Origin: Chitinophagaceae bacterium
GTDB lineage: Bacteria > Bacteroidota > Bacteroidia > Chitinophagales > Chitinophagaceae
Reading direction: 5' to 3'
Assembly (NCBI GenBank): GCA_035545755.1
Contig: DASZXQ010000048.1
Location: 5,542 to 69,541 of the forward strand
DNA length: 64,000 nt
In this document: positions 8,834 through 21,000 of the stretch, piece after piece
Layout: each line of letters opens with the position of its first letter
Numbering within the stretch: the first letter of the stretch is position 1
Translations under genes and position numbers: made by a program
The notes under the pieces: generated by a model
Seen by the model: only the letters and a program-made list of their open reading frames with translations
Databases searched by the model: none
Told to the model about the DNA's origin: nothing

Positions 8834-11176
8834 ATGCAAAACGAACTTCGTAAACAGCAGGCTCTTGAGTATCATGCCAAAGGAAGACCCGGAAAAATTG
8901 AAGTAGTTCCTACCAAAGAAGCCAAGACGCAAAGAGACCTTTCATTAGCATATTCGCCAGGTGTTGCTGAACCTTGTAAAGAAATTGCAGCGAACGTAGA
9001 AAACGTTTACAAATATACTGCGAAGGGAAACCTGGTAGCGGTGATCAGCAATGGAACGGCTGTGCTTGGGCTAGGTGATATTGGTCCCGAAGCCGGTAAA
9101 CCGGTGATGGAAGGAAAAGGCGTGTTGTTCAAAATATTTGCTGATATTGATGTTTTCGATATTGAAATCAATGAAAAAGATCCGGAAAAATTCGTACAGA
9201 TCGTAAAAGCTTTGGAGCCCACATTCGGCGGCATCAACCTGGAAGATATTAAAGCACCGGAATGTTTTTATATTGAAAAAAAGCTGAAGCAGGAATTGAA
9301 AATTCCTATCATGCATGATGATCAGCATGGCACTGCCATCATCAGCGCTGCTGCGTTATTAAATGCTTTGGAAATTCAAAAGAAAAAAATAGAGAAAGTA
9401 AAATTTGTTGTCAGTGGTGCCGGAGCTGCAGCCATCGCTTGTTGCCAATTATATGAAGCGTTGGGTGCAAAGCATGAGAATTTCCTGATGTTTGACCGGA
9501 AAGGTGTATTGCATAAAGGAAGGACCGATATGGATGATTTGAAAAAATTATATGCAGGCGCCGATCATGACCTGTCATTGGCTGAAGCCATGAAAGATGC
9601 TGATGTATTTATTGGTTTGAGCAGCGGTAATGTCCTGTCACAGGAAATGGTGAAAAGCATGGCGAAGAATCCAATTGTATTTGCGATGGCCAACCCCGAT
9701 CCCGAAATAAGCTGGGAGGATGCTACTTCGGCAAGAAAAGATGTAATTATGGCAACAGGTCGCAGCGACTATCCGAACCAGGTAAATAATGTATTGGGAT
9801 TCCCTTATATTTTCCGGGGTGCATTGGATGTTCGTGCTACTCAGATCAATGAAGCAATGAAACTGGCTGCGGTAAAAGCATTGGCAGAATTGGCAAAGAC
9901 AACAGTGCCGGATATTGTGAACATGGCCTACAATGAAAAAAGTATTTCTTTCGGAGAAAATTATATTATTCCCAAACCACTTGATCCGAGATTGCTTTCA
10001 ACTGTTGCGCCTGCAGTTGCAAAAGCTGCAATGGATAGCGGCGTGGCGCAGCATCATATTTCCAATTGGGAAACTTATATCAACAACCTGAATAAGAGAT
10101 TGGGCAACGACAACCAGGTGATGCGGATCATCGGCAACAAGGCCCGCCGTGATCCGAAGCGGATCGTTTTTGCCGAAGCTGATAATGTTAAGATATTGAA
10201 AGCAGCACAGATCATTTTTGATGATGCTATCGGGTATCCCATCTTATTGGGAGATGAAAATAAAATTAAGAGTATTGCTGCGGCCAATGCAATTGATATA
10301 GAAGGCCTGCCCATTTTTGATCCCCGCAGTGATGCGATGGAAGAAAAAAGGAATGCGTATGCAGAAATATTCTTTCAAAAAAGAGGACGCCGGGGCTTTA
10401 ATGCCTATGAATCCAAAAAAGTAATGAAAGACCGGAACTATTTCGGATGCATGATGGTGGAATGTGGCGATGCTGATGCAATGATCTCCGGGCTTGCAAA
10501 AAATTATCCGGATACGATTCGCCCTGCTTTGCAAACGATCGGAACAGAACAAGGTGTAAAGAAGATCGCGGGTATGTACCTGATGCTCACCAAGCGTGGA
10601 CCATTGTTCCTGGCAGATACCACTGTTAATTTCAATCCCACTGCAGAAGAATTAGCGGACATCACACTACTGGTAGCCAACGAGATCAAAAATTTCAACA
10701 TCACTCCACGGATCGCTATGCTGAGCTATTCTAATTTCGGCAGCAGCAATTCTCCGGAAGCAAGGTTAGTGGCAGAAGCAAGAAAAATTGTCAAGCAAAA
10801 AATGCCCTCTCTGGTCGTTGACGGCGAAATGCAGGCCAGCGTAGCATTCAATAAAGAATTAATGAAGGAAAATTATCCATTCTGCGAATTGGTGGATAAA
10901 GATGTAAATACTTTGATATTTCCCAACCTCGCCTCAGGCAACATAGCATACAACCTCATGAAAGAATTGGAAACAGCCGATGCTATCGGTCCCATTTTAC
11001 TCGGATTAAATAAACCAGTACACATTTTACAACTGGGAAGCTCCGTACGCAGCATCCTGAATATGGCGCTGGTGGCAGTGGTGGATGCGCAGATCAAATG
11101 CAAAGCTCCTACAGACGAGATCATCAAACGTTCTCCCTGGTGGAAAAGACTCCGGAAATCCTCAAAGGAAATCTGA
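8834..11176 (+). CDS. maeB: NADP-dependent malic enzyme (malic enzyme + phosphotransacetylase-like domain)
   Basis: 780 aa. N-terminal malic-enzyme motifs ([32 protein letters not shown]) and a C-terminal PTA-like domain. Confidence 0.93.
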   Translation: MQNELRKQQALEYHAKGRPGKIEVVPTKEAKTQRDLSLAYSPGVAEPCKEIAANVENVYKYTAKGNLVAVISNGTAVLGLGDIGPEAGKPVMEGKGVLFKIFADIDVFDIEINEKDPEKFVQIVKALEPTFGGINLEDIKAPECFYIEKKLKQELKIPIMHDDQHGTAIISAAALLNALEIQKKKIEKVKFVVSGAGAAAIACCQLYEALGAKHENFLMFDRKGVLHKGRTDMDDLKKLYAGADHDLSLAEAMKDADVFIGLSSGNVLSQEMVKSMAKNPIVFAMANPDPEISWEDATSARKDVIMATGRSDYPNQVNNVLGFPYIFRGALDVRATQINEAMKLAAVKALAELAKTTVPDIVNMAYNEKSISFGENYIIPKPLDPRLLSTVAPAVAKAAMDSGVAQHHISNWETYINNLNKRLGNDNQVMRIIGNKARRDPKRIVFAEADNVKILKAAQIIFDDAIGYPILLGDENKIKSIAAANAIDIEGLPIFDPRSDAMEEKRNAYAEIFFQKRGRRGFNAYESKKVMKDRNYFGCMMVECGDADAMISGLAKNYPDTIRPALQTIGTEQGVKKIAGMYLMLTKRGPLFLADTTVNFNPTAEELADITLLVANEIKNFNITPRIAMLSYSNFGSSNSPEARLVAEARKIVKQKMPSLVVDGEMQASVAFNKELMKENYPFCELVDKDVNTLIFPNLASGNIAYNLMKELETADAIGPILLGLNKPVHILQLGSSVRSILNMALVAVVDAQIKCKAPTDEIIKRSPWWKRLRKSSKEI

Positions 11177-11203
11177 GCAACCGAACATAATAGCTGCATT
11201 TTT

Positions 11204-11223
11204 GAAATGAAAACTTTCATTTC
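11204..11223 (+). terminator. weak AT-rich hairpin after maeB
   Basis: GAAATGAAA-ac-TTTCATTTC perfect 9-bp inverted repeat followed by a T-rich tract. The stem is AT-rich, so termination activity is uncertain. Confidence 0.3.
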
Positions 11224-11241
11224 AACTTAGTTTTTCATTGC

Positions 11242-11249
11242 TACATTTG
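11242..11249 (+). promoter_or_regulatory. candidate -7 box (TACATTTG) upstream of mlaE
   Basis: Exact TAnnTTTG match 24 nt upstream of the ATG at 11273. Confidence 0.3.
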
Positions 11250-11272
11250 TATTTTACATTGCGAAACTTCCA

Positions 11273-12010
11273 ATGAATATTTTCAGAGATATCGGCCGCT
11301 ACCTGCTCATGATCAAAGGAATGTTTTCCCGCCCGGAGAACGGAAAGATGTATTGGAAGGAATTCATGCATCAATGTTCCGATATCGGCATCGGTTCATT
11401 GGGGATTGTCGCAATTATTTCTGTATTTATCGGAGCTGTTTCAACTATTCAAACGGCTTACCAGTTGGTAAGTCCATTGATTCCACGTTCCACCATTGCT
11501 CAAATTGTCAGAGACACGGTGATACTCGAATTTGCCCCTACCCTTGTTTGTATTGTCTTAGCAGGCGTAGTTGGCAGCAAGATCGCCAGCGAGTTGGGCA
11601 ATATGCGTGTCAGTGAGCAAATTGATGCTTTGGAGATCATGGGCATCAATACCAAAACGTATTTGATTTTGCCCAAAATAGTGGCAGCATTGGTCGTCGT
11701 TCCTATGCTTGTTGTAATGGCAATGGTACTTGGGATCTGGGGAGGAAGAGTGGCAGGCAGTGCAGCGAATATCATTTCGGGATATTCATTTGATAAGGGA
11801 CTGCTGGAATTTTTTGTACCGTACAATGTAATTTTTGCTTTGGTAAAATCATATGTATTTGCATTTATGATCTCCAGTGTTTCGGCCTACTATGGATATT
11901 TTGTAAAGGGCGGCGCCCTGGAGATCGGAAAAGCCAGCACCAAAGCAGTTGTGGTGAGTTGCATACTCATTCTTTTTGGAGATTATGTATTATCAGCTTT
12001 GTTATTGTAA
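11273..12010 (+). CDS. mlaE: MlaE-family ABC transporter permease
   Basis: 245 aa, multi-TM. Conserved MlaE/Ttg2B-type segments (ELGNMRVSEQIDALEIMGI, IGKASTKAVV). Confidence 0.85.
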   Translation: MNIFRDIGRYLLMIKGMFSRPENGKMYWKEFMHQCSDIGIGSLGIVAIISVFIGAVSTIQTAYQLVSPLIPRSTIAQIVRDTVILEFAPTLVCIVLAGVVGSKIASELGNMRVSEQIDALEIMGINTKTYLILPKIVAALVVVPMLVVMAMVLGIWGGRVAGSAANIISGYSFDKGLLEFFVPYNVIFALVKSYVFAFMISSVSAYYGYFVKGGALEIGKASTKAVVVSCILILFGDYVLSALLL

Positions 12011-12966
12011 TGTTTAGCCGGCGTTTTAATAAATTCATTTGGGCAGCCTGGATAATAACAGGAATCGCAAGCGCATTCTTTTTTTTAAAGCGAAACGATT
12101 TCAGCAGTTATACTCATTGGTCCAATTACAGCGATCTCTATCCTGCCAAAGGGCCCGGCACGAAAGAATTGGCCAACTGGAAAGAATGCCGCACACAATA
12201 CAGCGAGGAAGAAAAAGAAGCCGGGAAAAAATTATCCGCAACAGAAGCAGGAATTAAAGAGAATGATCCGGTTCTTACCAAAACAATAAAACTCGGACAA
12301 TGGATCATCCATAGTTTATGGCAATGCAAAACAGGCCGGCCATCAGATTCAGTTGACCGATTGCGCCCCATGGCAATTCTGGAGACCGCCAAAGCACGAA
12401 AAACACCTGTCTGGTGCGGAACATACGGAGCTTTATTTTTATTTTTTTGTACCTGCCAGAATATTACCTGCAGGTACATTGAAAGCATCGGGAAAACCGA
12501 TAGCCATGTTATCAACGAATGTTATATACCCGAGCTTCGGAAATGGATCATGGTAGATCTCACTCATAAGATCATAACTGCAACAGATAATAAAGGTAAT
12601 TACCTGAACACGGTGGACATAAAAAATATTTACAATAACAACCTTAGCAAGAACGTAAATGTTCTTTATGTAAAAGACAGTGCTGATGCATCATGGGCTC
12701 CTGCCGACAGCATTAAAACAGAATGGAAATTTTATTTAGGAGGCGAAAGTGTTTTGCGCTATTATCATCTTATCTATCTGACTATGGCATACAAAAGTGC
12801 CGAAAAGGCAAAGCGGTACTTCCTCCCAACTTCCTGGTATGAAGTTTACTCTGAAGAACCAGAATCCAATGCGTGGTTTTTTACCCGGAGTTTTATCACC
12901 ATTTTCTGGCTGCTTATAAGTATTTTTATATTCCTGAGTTTTTTCAAATTAAAAAGGAACCCTTGA
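12010..12966 (+). CDS. transglutaminase-like (Cys-His-Asp) membrane protein, uncharacterised
   Basis: ATG at 12010 overlaps the mlaE TAA (TAATG). N- and C-terminal TM helices. The core VWCGTYGALF...SHVINECYIPELRKWIMVDLT fits the transglutaminase-like C/H/D arrangement. Confidence 0.6.
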   Translation: MFSRRFNKFIWAAWIITGIASAFFFLKRNDFSSYTHWSNYSDLYPAKGPGTKELANWKECRTQYSEEEKEAGKKLSATEAGIKENDPVLTKTIKLGQWIIHSLWQCKTGRPSDSVDRLRPMAILETAKARKTPVWCGTYGALFLFFCTCQNITCRYIESIGKTDSHVINECYIPELRKWIMVDLTHKIITATDNKGNYLNTVDIKNIYNNNLSKNVNVLYVKDSADASWAPADSIKTEWKFYLGGESVLRYYHLIYLTMAYKSAEKAKRYFLPTSWYEVYSEEPESNAWFFTRSFITIFWLLISIFIFLSFFKLKRNP

Positions 12967-13760
12967 TCGAATTAAAAAACATAAAGAAAAGTTTTGGCGA
13001 CCGAATTGTATTGGATGATATTAACGCGGTAATGAAAGCCGGTCAGTGCAATCTCATCATAGGCACCAGCGGTAGCGGAAAGACGGTGCTAATGAAATGC
13101 ATGGTTGGATTGTTTGAACCTGATAGCGGAGATATTTTATATAATGGCAAAAGCTTCACCGCCATGAATCATGATGAACGCACTGAGATACGAAAAGAGA
13201 TTGGTATGTTGTTCCAGGGCGCTGCGTTATTTGACAGCCTGACGGTAGAACAAAACGTGATGTTCCCTTTGAATATGTTTACCAAATGGACACCCAAACA
13301 AAAATTGGACAGAGTAAATGAAGTGTTAGCGAGAGTGAATTTGGAAAACACCAATAAAAAATTCCCGGCTGAATTAAGTGGTGGCATGAAAAAAAGAGTG
13401 GGCATTGCCAGGGCAATTGTTTTAAACCCAAAATATCTTTTTTGCGATGAGCCAAATTCCGGCCTCGATCCGCAAACATCGCTGGTAATTGATAAACTGA
13501 TCCGTGAAATAACCACCGAATTTAATATTACCACTGTAGTCAATACGCATGATATGAACAGCGTGATGGAGATCGGGAATTATATTCTTTACCTCTACCA
13601 GGGCTGCAAAGAATGGGAAGGCAATAATAAAGAGATCATTTTTTCAAAGAACCAGCGATTAAATGAATTTATTTTTGCATCTGAATTTTTGCAGGATGCA
13701 AAACAAATGCGGATGCTGGAAGAAAGCGGTAAAATGCCAAACCCGCACAAACCCCAATAA
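12963..13760 (+). CDS. mlaF: MlaF-like ABC transporter ATP-binding protein
   Basis: Walker A GTSGSGKT, signature LSGGMKKR, Walker B LFCDEPNSGLD. Start placed at TTG 12963 (MIELKNIKKSFG, the typical MlaF N-terminus), overlapping the upstream TGA (TTGA). The track start at 12873 lies inside the previous ORF. Confidence 0.88.
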   Translation: MIELKNIKKSFGDRIVLDDINAVMKAGQCNLIIGTSGSGKTVLMKCMVGLFEPDSGDILYNGKSFTAMNHDERTEIRKEIGMLFQGAALFDSLTVEQNVMFPLNMFTKWTPKQKLDRVNEVLARVNLENTNKKFPAELSGGMKKRVGIARAIVLNPKYLFCDEPNSGLDPQTSLVIDKLIREITTEFNITTVVNTHDMNSVMEIGNYILYLYQGCKEWEGNNKEIIFSKNQRLNEFIFASEFLQDAKQMRMLEESGKMPNPHKPQ

Positions 13761-13803
13761 AAGGAAAATTTCGTTCCGTTCTTATTCATTGCATTTTAAG
13801 GCT

Positions 13804-13811
13804 TACTTTTG
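13804..13811 (+). promoter_or_regulatory. candidate -7 box (TACTTTTG) upstream of sucD
   Basis: Exact TAnnTTTG match 19 nt upstream of the ATG at 13830. Confidence 0.35.
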
Positions 13812-13829
13812 CCGGACTTTAAAATTTGT

Positions 13830-14705
13830 ATGAGTATTCTTGTCAATAAAAATTCGAAAATTTTAGTTCAGGGTTTCACCGGTACCGAAGGTACTTTTCA
13901 TGCTACTCAAATGATCGAGTACGGTACCAATGTTATCGGAGGTGTCACTCCCGGCAAAGGTGGCAGCAAACATTTGGATCGCCCTGTGTTCAATACAGTA
14001 GCTGATTGTGTAAAAGCGACAGGCGCCGATGTAAGTATCATTTTTGTTCCGCCAGCATTTGCAGCCGATGCGATCATGGAATCAGCGGAAGCGGGTATTC
14101 GCTTAGTGGTTTGTATTACCGAAGGAATACCAACACAGGATATGGTGAAAGTGAAAAATTATCTGCAGGGGAAAAACACAAGACTCGTCGGTCCTAACTG
14201 TCCGGGTGTTATTACTGCGGGAGAAAGTAAGGTGGGCATCATGCCGGGATTCGTTTTTAAACCCGGAAGAATTGGTATTGTTTCCAAATCCGGTACGCTT
14301 ACTTATGAAGCAGCGGATCAGGTTGCAAAAGCAGGATTGGGAATTTCAACGGCAGTTGGTATTGGTGGTGACCCGATCATTGGCACAACCACTAAAGAAG
14401 CGGTGGAATTATTTTTCAATGATCCGGATACAGATGCTGTTGTCATGATCGGCGAGATCGGCGGTGGCATGGAAGCGGAAGCAGCCAGATGGGTGAAAGC
14501 AAGCGGTAATAAAAAACCAGTTGTTGGTTTCATTGCCGGACAAACTGCTCCTCCCGGACGAAGAATGGGACATGCGGGTGCTATTGTCGGCGGCGCAGAT
14601 GATACTGCTGCTGCAAAAATGAAGATCATGAATGAATGCGGAATATATGTGGTGCAAAGCCCGGCAGACATAGGAAAACGAATGGCAGAAGTCATGAAAA
14701 AGTAA
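13830..14705 (+). CDS. sucD: succinate--CoA ligase subunit alpha
   Basis: [25 protein letters not shown]-terminus, GHAGAIV phosphohistidine motif. Start moved from TTG 13809 to ATG 13830. Confidence 0.93.
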   Translation: MSILVNKNSKILVQGFTGTEGTFHATQMIEYGTNVIGGVTPGKGGSKHLDRPVFNTVADCVKATGADVSIIFVPPAFAADAIMESAEAGIRLVVCITEGIPTQDMVKVKNYLQGKNTRLVGPNCPGVITAGESKVGIMPGFVFKPGRIGIVSKSGTLTYEAADQVAKAGLGISTAVGIGGDPIIGTTTKEAVELFFNDPDTDAVVMIGEIGGGMEAEAARWVKASGNKKPVVGFIAGQTAPPGRRMGHAGAIVGGADDTAAAKMKIMNECGIYVVQSPADIGKRMAEVMKK

Positions 14706-14716
14706 TGTTAAAATAA

Positions 14717-14745
14717 AACCTCTTCAAAACTGAAGAGGTTTTTTG
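14717..14745 (+). terminator. rho-independent terminator after sucD
   Basis: CCTCTTC-aaaact-GAAGAGG stem-loop followed by TTTTTT. Confidence 0.8.
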
Positions 14746-15096
14746 ATTAGAGCCATAATCGATTTCTATCAGCCAATCTCTTGTTAATAACGTACTACTC
14801 CCATATTACCGGCAAATGAAAATTAGTCAATCACACAACGATAATTTTCCTGATCAATAGTTTATTGTAAGTCAATTCTGTTAATTCCAATTTATTATTC
14901 TTACAACTACATATCCGTATATTTCTTTCTCCAGATCTGTTATAAAGTAATTGCATAAAAGGTGTGATATTGGTTCAGGATTTATCCACTTTATCAGTGC
15001 TCTCCGCCTGAAAGGTTTCTCCGCTTTTATGAAATTATCATTTTCATGCATCTTAAGCAAGCATACAATCATTTACTTTGTACCAAATCTCGACTC

Positions 15097-18000
15097 ATGC
15101 CCGTACGACCAATTAAAAAAATTTTGCTGTTCAGTGTATTTTTAAGCCTTTTTACAGGTGCTTCAGCGCAAATTCCCCTCAAGAACTATGAATCAGAATG
15201 GAAGAAAGTGGAAGCATTTGTCCAAAAGAATCTTCCGAAATCCGCATTGGAGCAAGTGAAGAAGATCTACAGCATGGCCAAAGCCGATAAGCAGGATGCG
15301 CAGATCATCAAATCGTTATTGTATATGACGTCGCTCCAATCAGAGACCCGCGAGAATAATGATGTACAATCCATAAAAGATTTTGAAAAAGAAATTGCGT
15401 CTGCCAATCAACCGGCACGTTCGATCTTACAAAGTATCGTTGCTGAAATGTACCTGGATTATTTCGCCAATCATCGCTACCAATTTTATAGTCGAACTAA
15501 TACCATCAATTTTCAGAAAGATGATATTGCCACCTGGACGTCTGATGATCTTAATAAAAAGATCACTGAGTTGTACTTGCAATCTATCAAAGAAGAAAAA
15601 TTATTGGAACAGACAAAACTCGAACCTTTTGACGCTATCATTACAAAGGGGAATGTTCGCCACCTTCGCCCTACCCTATTTGACCTGCTGGCCCACCGGG
15701 CACTGGATTATTTTAAAAGTGATGAAAGAGATATTTCCCGGCCAGCTTATGCATTCGAAATAAACACTTCATCTGCATTTGATCCGGCATCCGATTTTGT
15801 TAAAGTAAAATTTCCAACTAAAGATTCAGCGTCTCTTCAGCAAAAAGCATTATTGCTGTTTCAAAAATTAATAGCATTTCACTTAAACGATGCCAAGCCT
15901 GATGCTTTAATTGATGTTGATATAGAAAGAATAGTATTTGTAAATGAAAAAGGAGTTCAGCCGGATAAGAAACAATTATATGTATCTGCCCTGAACCATA
16001 TTGCCCGGCAATATGAAAATTATCCTGCTGCTTCCCAAGCATTGTACCTGGTAGCGCAACAATACAATGAAGATGCTGATGAATACAAACCTTACGGAGA
16101 TACTACTCATCGTTTTGACCGGATAAAAGCAAAAGAAATTTGTGAAAGAGTGCTGCAACAGAAAGATTCTTCTGAAGGAAAGATCAATTGTTACAACCTG
16201 CTTAACGAGATCAATCAAAAGGATCTGTCATTTTCAGTTGAGAAAGTAAATATTCCCAATCAGCCGTTTCGCTCATTAGTGCAATACAAAAATTTTACTA
16301 CACTTTATCTGCGGATCGTTAAGTCTGATGAGAACCCGGTATCAGAGCCGGAAAATTTTTATGCTGATAAATTCTGGGAAAAACTTATAGCCACAACTCC
16401 AATAAGAAGCTGGCAACAATCCTTACCCGATACCAAAGACCTGCAACGGCATAGTGCAGAATTAAAAGTAGACGGTTTGCCAAACGGCAGATATGTACTG
16501 ATCGCTTCAACAGAAAAAGATTTCAACCTGAAAGATGGGTTCATCAGAGCCAGGTATTTTTATGTTTCCGATATCAGCTTTGTTAATAATGGAAGAAATT
16601 ACTTCGTAGTAAACCGGGAAACAGGGCAACCACTGGCCGGAGCTACCATTCAATCATGGGAAGGGAGATATGATTATAAAACCTCAAAATATATTTCGGA
16701 AAAAGGAAAGGCATTTAAAACAGATGAAAAAGGGTATTTCAATTTTGAAACAAAAAAAGATGCTACCACTTATGGCGTTAATTACCGGCTCGACATTACA
16801 TACAACAACGATCGTCTTTTCCTGAATGATGAATTGTATGACTATTATTATAACAACAATGCGGCAATTACCTCTTCAGAAAATATCACAGTGTTTTTAT
16901 TTACAGATCGTTCCATTTATCGCCCCGGGCAGACTGTTTTTTTCAAAGGCATTGCTGTAAGTAAAATGACTGACGAAACCACCAGTACGATCAAGGCCGG
17001 TTATGATACTAAAGTTTATTTGCGCAATGCAAATTATCAGACCATCGATTCAATGAATGTAAAAACCAATGAGTATGGTTCCTTCTCAGGAAATTTTCAG
17101 TTGCCACAATCCGGATTGAATGGAAATTTTACCCTGTACATGAAAGACAATAAGGGGACGGTCGATTTTTCTATGGAAGAATATAAGCGGCCAAATTTCT
17201 ATGTGGACTATGAAAAAATAAAAGGTACTTACAAGGTCAATGATTCCATAAAAGTTACTGGCATTGCAAAAGCCTATGCAGGCAATAATATTGATGGCGC
17301 CCAGGTGAAATATCGTGTAGTTCGCCAACCACGATTTATTTATTCATGGATGTTTTGGCGTTGGTGGCAACCTCCTGCCAAAGAAATGGAAATTGCACAT
17401 GGAGAAATGCAAACGGATAAAGATGGAAAATTTGATATCAGGTTTGCAGCTATTCCCGATCTGACCATTGATAAAAAATTTGATCCGGTATTTGATTATA
17501 CCATTTACGCAGATGTTACAGACATAAACGGTGAAACGAGAAGTGGTCAATCTTCCGTTACAGTCGGCTATCAATCTTTATTATTAAATGTAGATCTGCC
17601 TTCATCGCTTCCGTCAGATAGCTTGAAAAATATTACTATCCTTACTACCAATATGAACGGCGAGTTTGAAGCATCTAAAGTGAATGTCGTTATTTACAAA
17701 CTGAAACAGGAAGATCGTTTGATCCGCAACCGTTACTGGGATCGGCCTGACCAGTTTGTGATGAGTAAGGAAGAGTATATCCAAAATTTTCCGCATGATG
17801 AATATGATGATGAGGCTGATTACAGAAGCTGGGATGATCAAGAAAAGGTTTTTGAAAAGGGAGATTCAATCAATGAAAATTCAGAATTCAAAATTCAAAA
17901 TTCAAAACTTGCACCAGGCTTTTATAGAATCGAGGTTTCAACAAAAGATAAAGACGGCAATGACGTGAAAGATGTAGAATACATCGAACTATACAATGAA

Positions 18001-21000
18001 AAGAGCAATCAACTCACCAATGCAAAATATTTGTGGACGCAGGGATCAAATCCCATCGAGCCGGGAGAAAAAACGAATATTCAGTTAGGAACTTCCGCTG
18101 ATAATCTTTTCGTGATTGAACATATTGATAAGCAGTCAGGAGTCAGGAGTCAGGAATCAGGAGTTGGGAATTTCAGTGTTGTTCAATTAAACAATGAAAA
18201 GAAGTTGTTTGATTTTACAGCAACAGAATCGGATCGTGGCGGATATGGAGTAAATTATTTTTTTGTAAAAGACAATCACTTTTATGAATTCAATGATGTG
18301 ATCCGCGTGCCGTGGACTAATAAAGATTTGAAAATTGAATACGCTACTTTTCGTGATAAAACTTTGCCGGGAAGTGAAGAAAAATGGAAAGTAAGAATTA
18401 CCGGTTATAAAAATGAAAAAGTGGCAGCAGAAATGTTAGCCAGTATGTACGATGCATCGTTAGATCAATTCAAATATCATAGCTGGAATGAGCCTTATTT
18501 ATGGCCGATTTATTATTCCGGGCAAAGATGGAATAGTAGCTATAATTTTAGCCAGTTAATATCACAGCAACAGGCAAACAATAATTCAGATTTTAAATAC
18601 CTTAAGAAAGAATACGACTATTTAATTTTCAGCTTGCTAAATAATATATATGGCTATGGCGGCAATGTTATTCGCTTAAGAAGAATCAGTAGTATTGCTC
18701 AGCCAACAATGGCATTAGAAGGAAAAGTAGCAGGGCTACAAGAAGCTGTCGTTACCGGTCATGGCAAACAAAATAGAAAAAGCGATTCCACAGCTTTTAG
18801 AGCAAATAATGATGAAAATCAAATTTTTGAAAAAGTAGATGTAACGTTGCCCGACGGTACTCATATTGTAAATGGAAGAATAATTAACAAAAACATTAAA
18901 CCTGAAAATAATCAAGAAACTCAGATCAGAAAAAACTTCAACGAAACTGCGTTCTTCTTTCCTGTCCTGCACACCGATTCAACAGGGTCAATAGAATTTT
19001 CATTCACTATGCCGGAAGCATTGACAAGATGGAAGTTCATGGCATTGGCTCATACGAAAGACCTGGCATTCGGATATAGCACAAAAGAAATTGTTACACA
19101 AAAACAACTGATGGTACAACCTAATGCTCCGAGATTTTTAAGAGAAGGAGACCGGGTTGAATTCAGCGCCAAGATCGCTAACCTCACTGATAAAGAATTG
19201 ACCGGCTCAGCTGAATTACAATTATTCGATGCAGCAACTAACGAACCGGTTGATGGCGCTTTTCAGAATATGTATGCCAATCAATACTTCACTGTCGGTG
19301 CAGGACAAAGTGAAGCAGTAAATTTCCAATTACAAGTTCCCTATCAATTCAACAAAGCATTGACATGGCGCATCGTTGCCAAAGCTGGCGATTTCAGCGA
19401 TGGTGAAGAAGCATCACTGCCTGTTCTTACAAACCGGATGCTTGTCACTGAAACATTACCATTGAATATGAGAGGAACCGGAACTAAAAATTTCAAATTT
19501 GAAAAATTGCTGAATTCCGGAAATTCCGAAACATTACAAAATCATGCACTCACCATAGAATATACCAGCAATCCTGCCTGGTATGCGGTGCAGGCGCTGC
19601 CCTACCTCATGGAATATCCGTACGAGTGTGCAGAGCAAACATGGAACCGCTATTATGCAAATTCATTAGCAACAATGATCGTTAACAGTTCCCCCCGTAT
19701 CAAACAGGTATTTGAGAAATGGAGAACAGAAGACACAGCGGCTTTGCTTTCCAATCTTCAAAAGAATGAAGAATTAAAATCTGTATTACTGGAAGAAACT
19801 CCCTGGGTGCTGGATGCAAATAATGAAGAACAGCAAAAGAAAAATATTGCTCTCTTGTTTGATATGGTAAAAATGAGCAAAGAACTGGATGCTGCTTATG
19901 AAAAATTAAAACAGATGCAAAGCAGCAACGGTGGGTTTGTCTGGTTCAAAGGAGGGCCGGATGATCAATACATCACTCAATACATCATTACCGGAATTGG
20001 GCATTTGAAAAAACTGAATAGTTATTCAAAAGATCAGGACACCAAATTGAAACAAATACTCAATACTGCCCTGCCTTATCTTGATAAAAAAATTAAAGAA
20101 GATTATGATGAACTCGTAAAATATAAAACGGATCTGAAAAAATATGTTCCGGGTTATACAGAGATACAATATTTATATATGCGCAGCTTTTTCCCGGAAT
20201 ATCCCATTGCTTCAAATTCGCAAAAAGCATATAATTATTTCAGGCAAAGAGCGCAGAAAACCTGGGTGCAGCAAAACAAATACATGGAAGGAATGATCGC
20301 TTTGTCATTGTACAGGACTGGTGACGCAAGAACTCCGGCTGATATTTTGAGATCATTAAAAGAAACTTCTATTAATAATGAAGAGCTCGGCATGTATTGG
20401 AAAGATATCAGTAGCGGTTGGTTCTGGTACCAGGCGCCGATTGAAACGCAATCGTTGTTGATCGAAGCTTTCCAGGAAATTAGTAAGGATACAAAAACCG
20501 TTGATGACCTGAAAACATGGCTACTCAAAAACAAACAAACAAATAACTGGCAAACGACAAAAGCAACAGCAGAAGCTTGTTATGCTTTATTGTTGGAAGG
20601 AAGTGATTGGATCAGTGAAGCACCGCAAGTAGATATCAAATTGGGAAACACAGCTATCAATTCAAATGATAATAAGCAGGAAGCAGGGACCGGGTATTTC
20701 AAAAAAATTATTGATGGTGCAAGCGTAGAGCCCAATATGGGAAATATCAGTGTAACAGTTCAGCCCTCCAGTGATCAAAATAAATCTGCCACATCATGGG
20801 GAAGTATTTACTGGCAATATTTTGAAGACCTCGATAAGATCACTCCTGCTGCTACTCCGTTGAAATTGGTGAAGAAATTATTTATAGAAAAGAATACTGA
20901 TAACGGGCCGGTACTTACACCGGTAAGTGACGGTGATGAATTAAAAGTCGGAGATAAGGTGAAAGCGAGAATTGAACTGCGTGTCGATCGGGACATGGAA

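Noticed and set aside
12873-12962. N-terminal extensions proposed by the ORF track: mlaF from 12873, A2M from 15046, sucD from 13809, nth from 29106, MBL from 57224, the oxidoreductase from 21361 and others.
   Set aside because: The track accepts TTG and GTG starts and takes the longest ORF. The extensions overlap upstream genes or precede obvious signal peptides or conserved N-termini, so the starts were trimmed.
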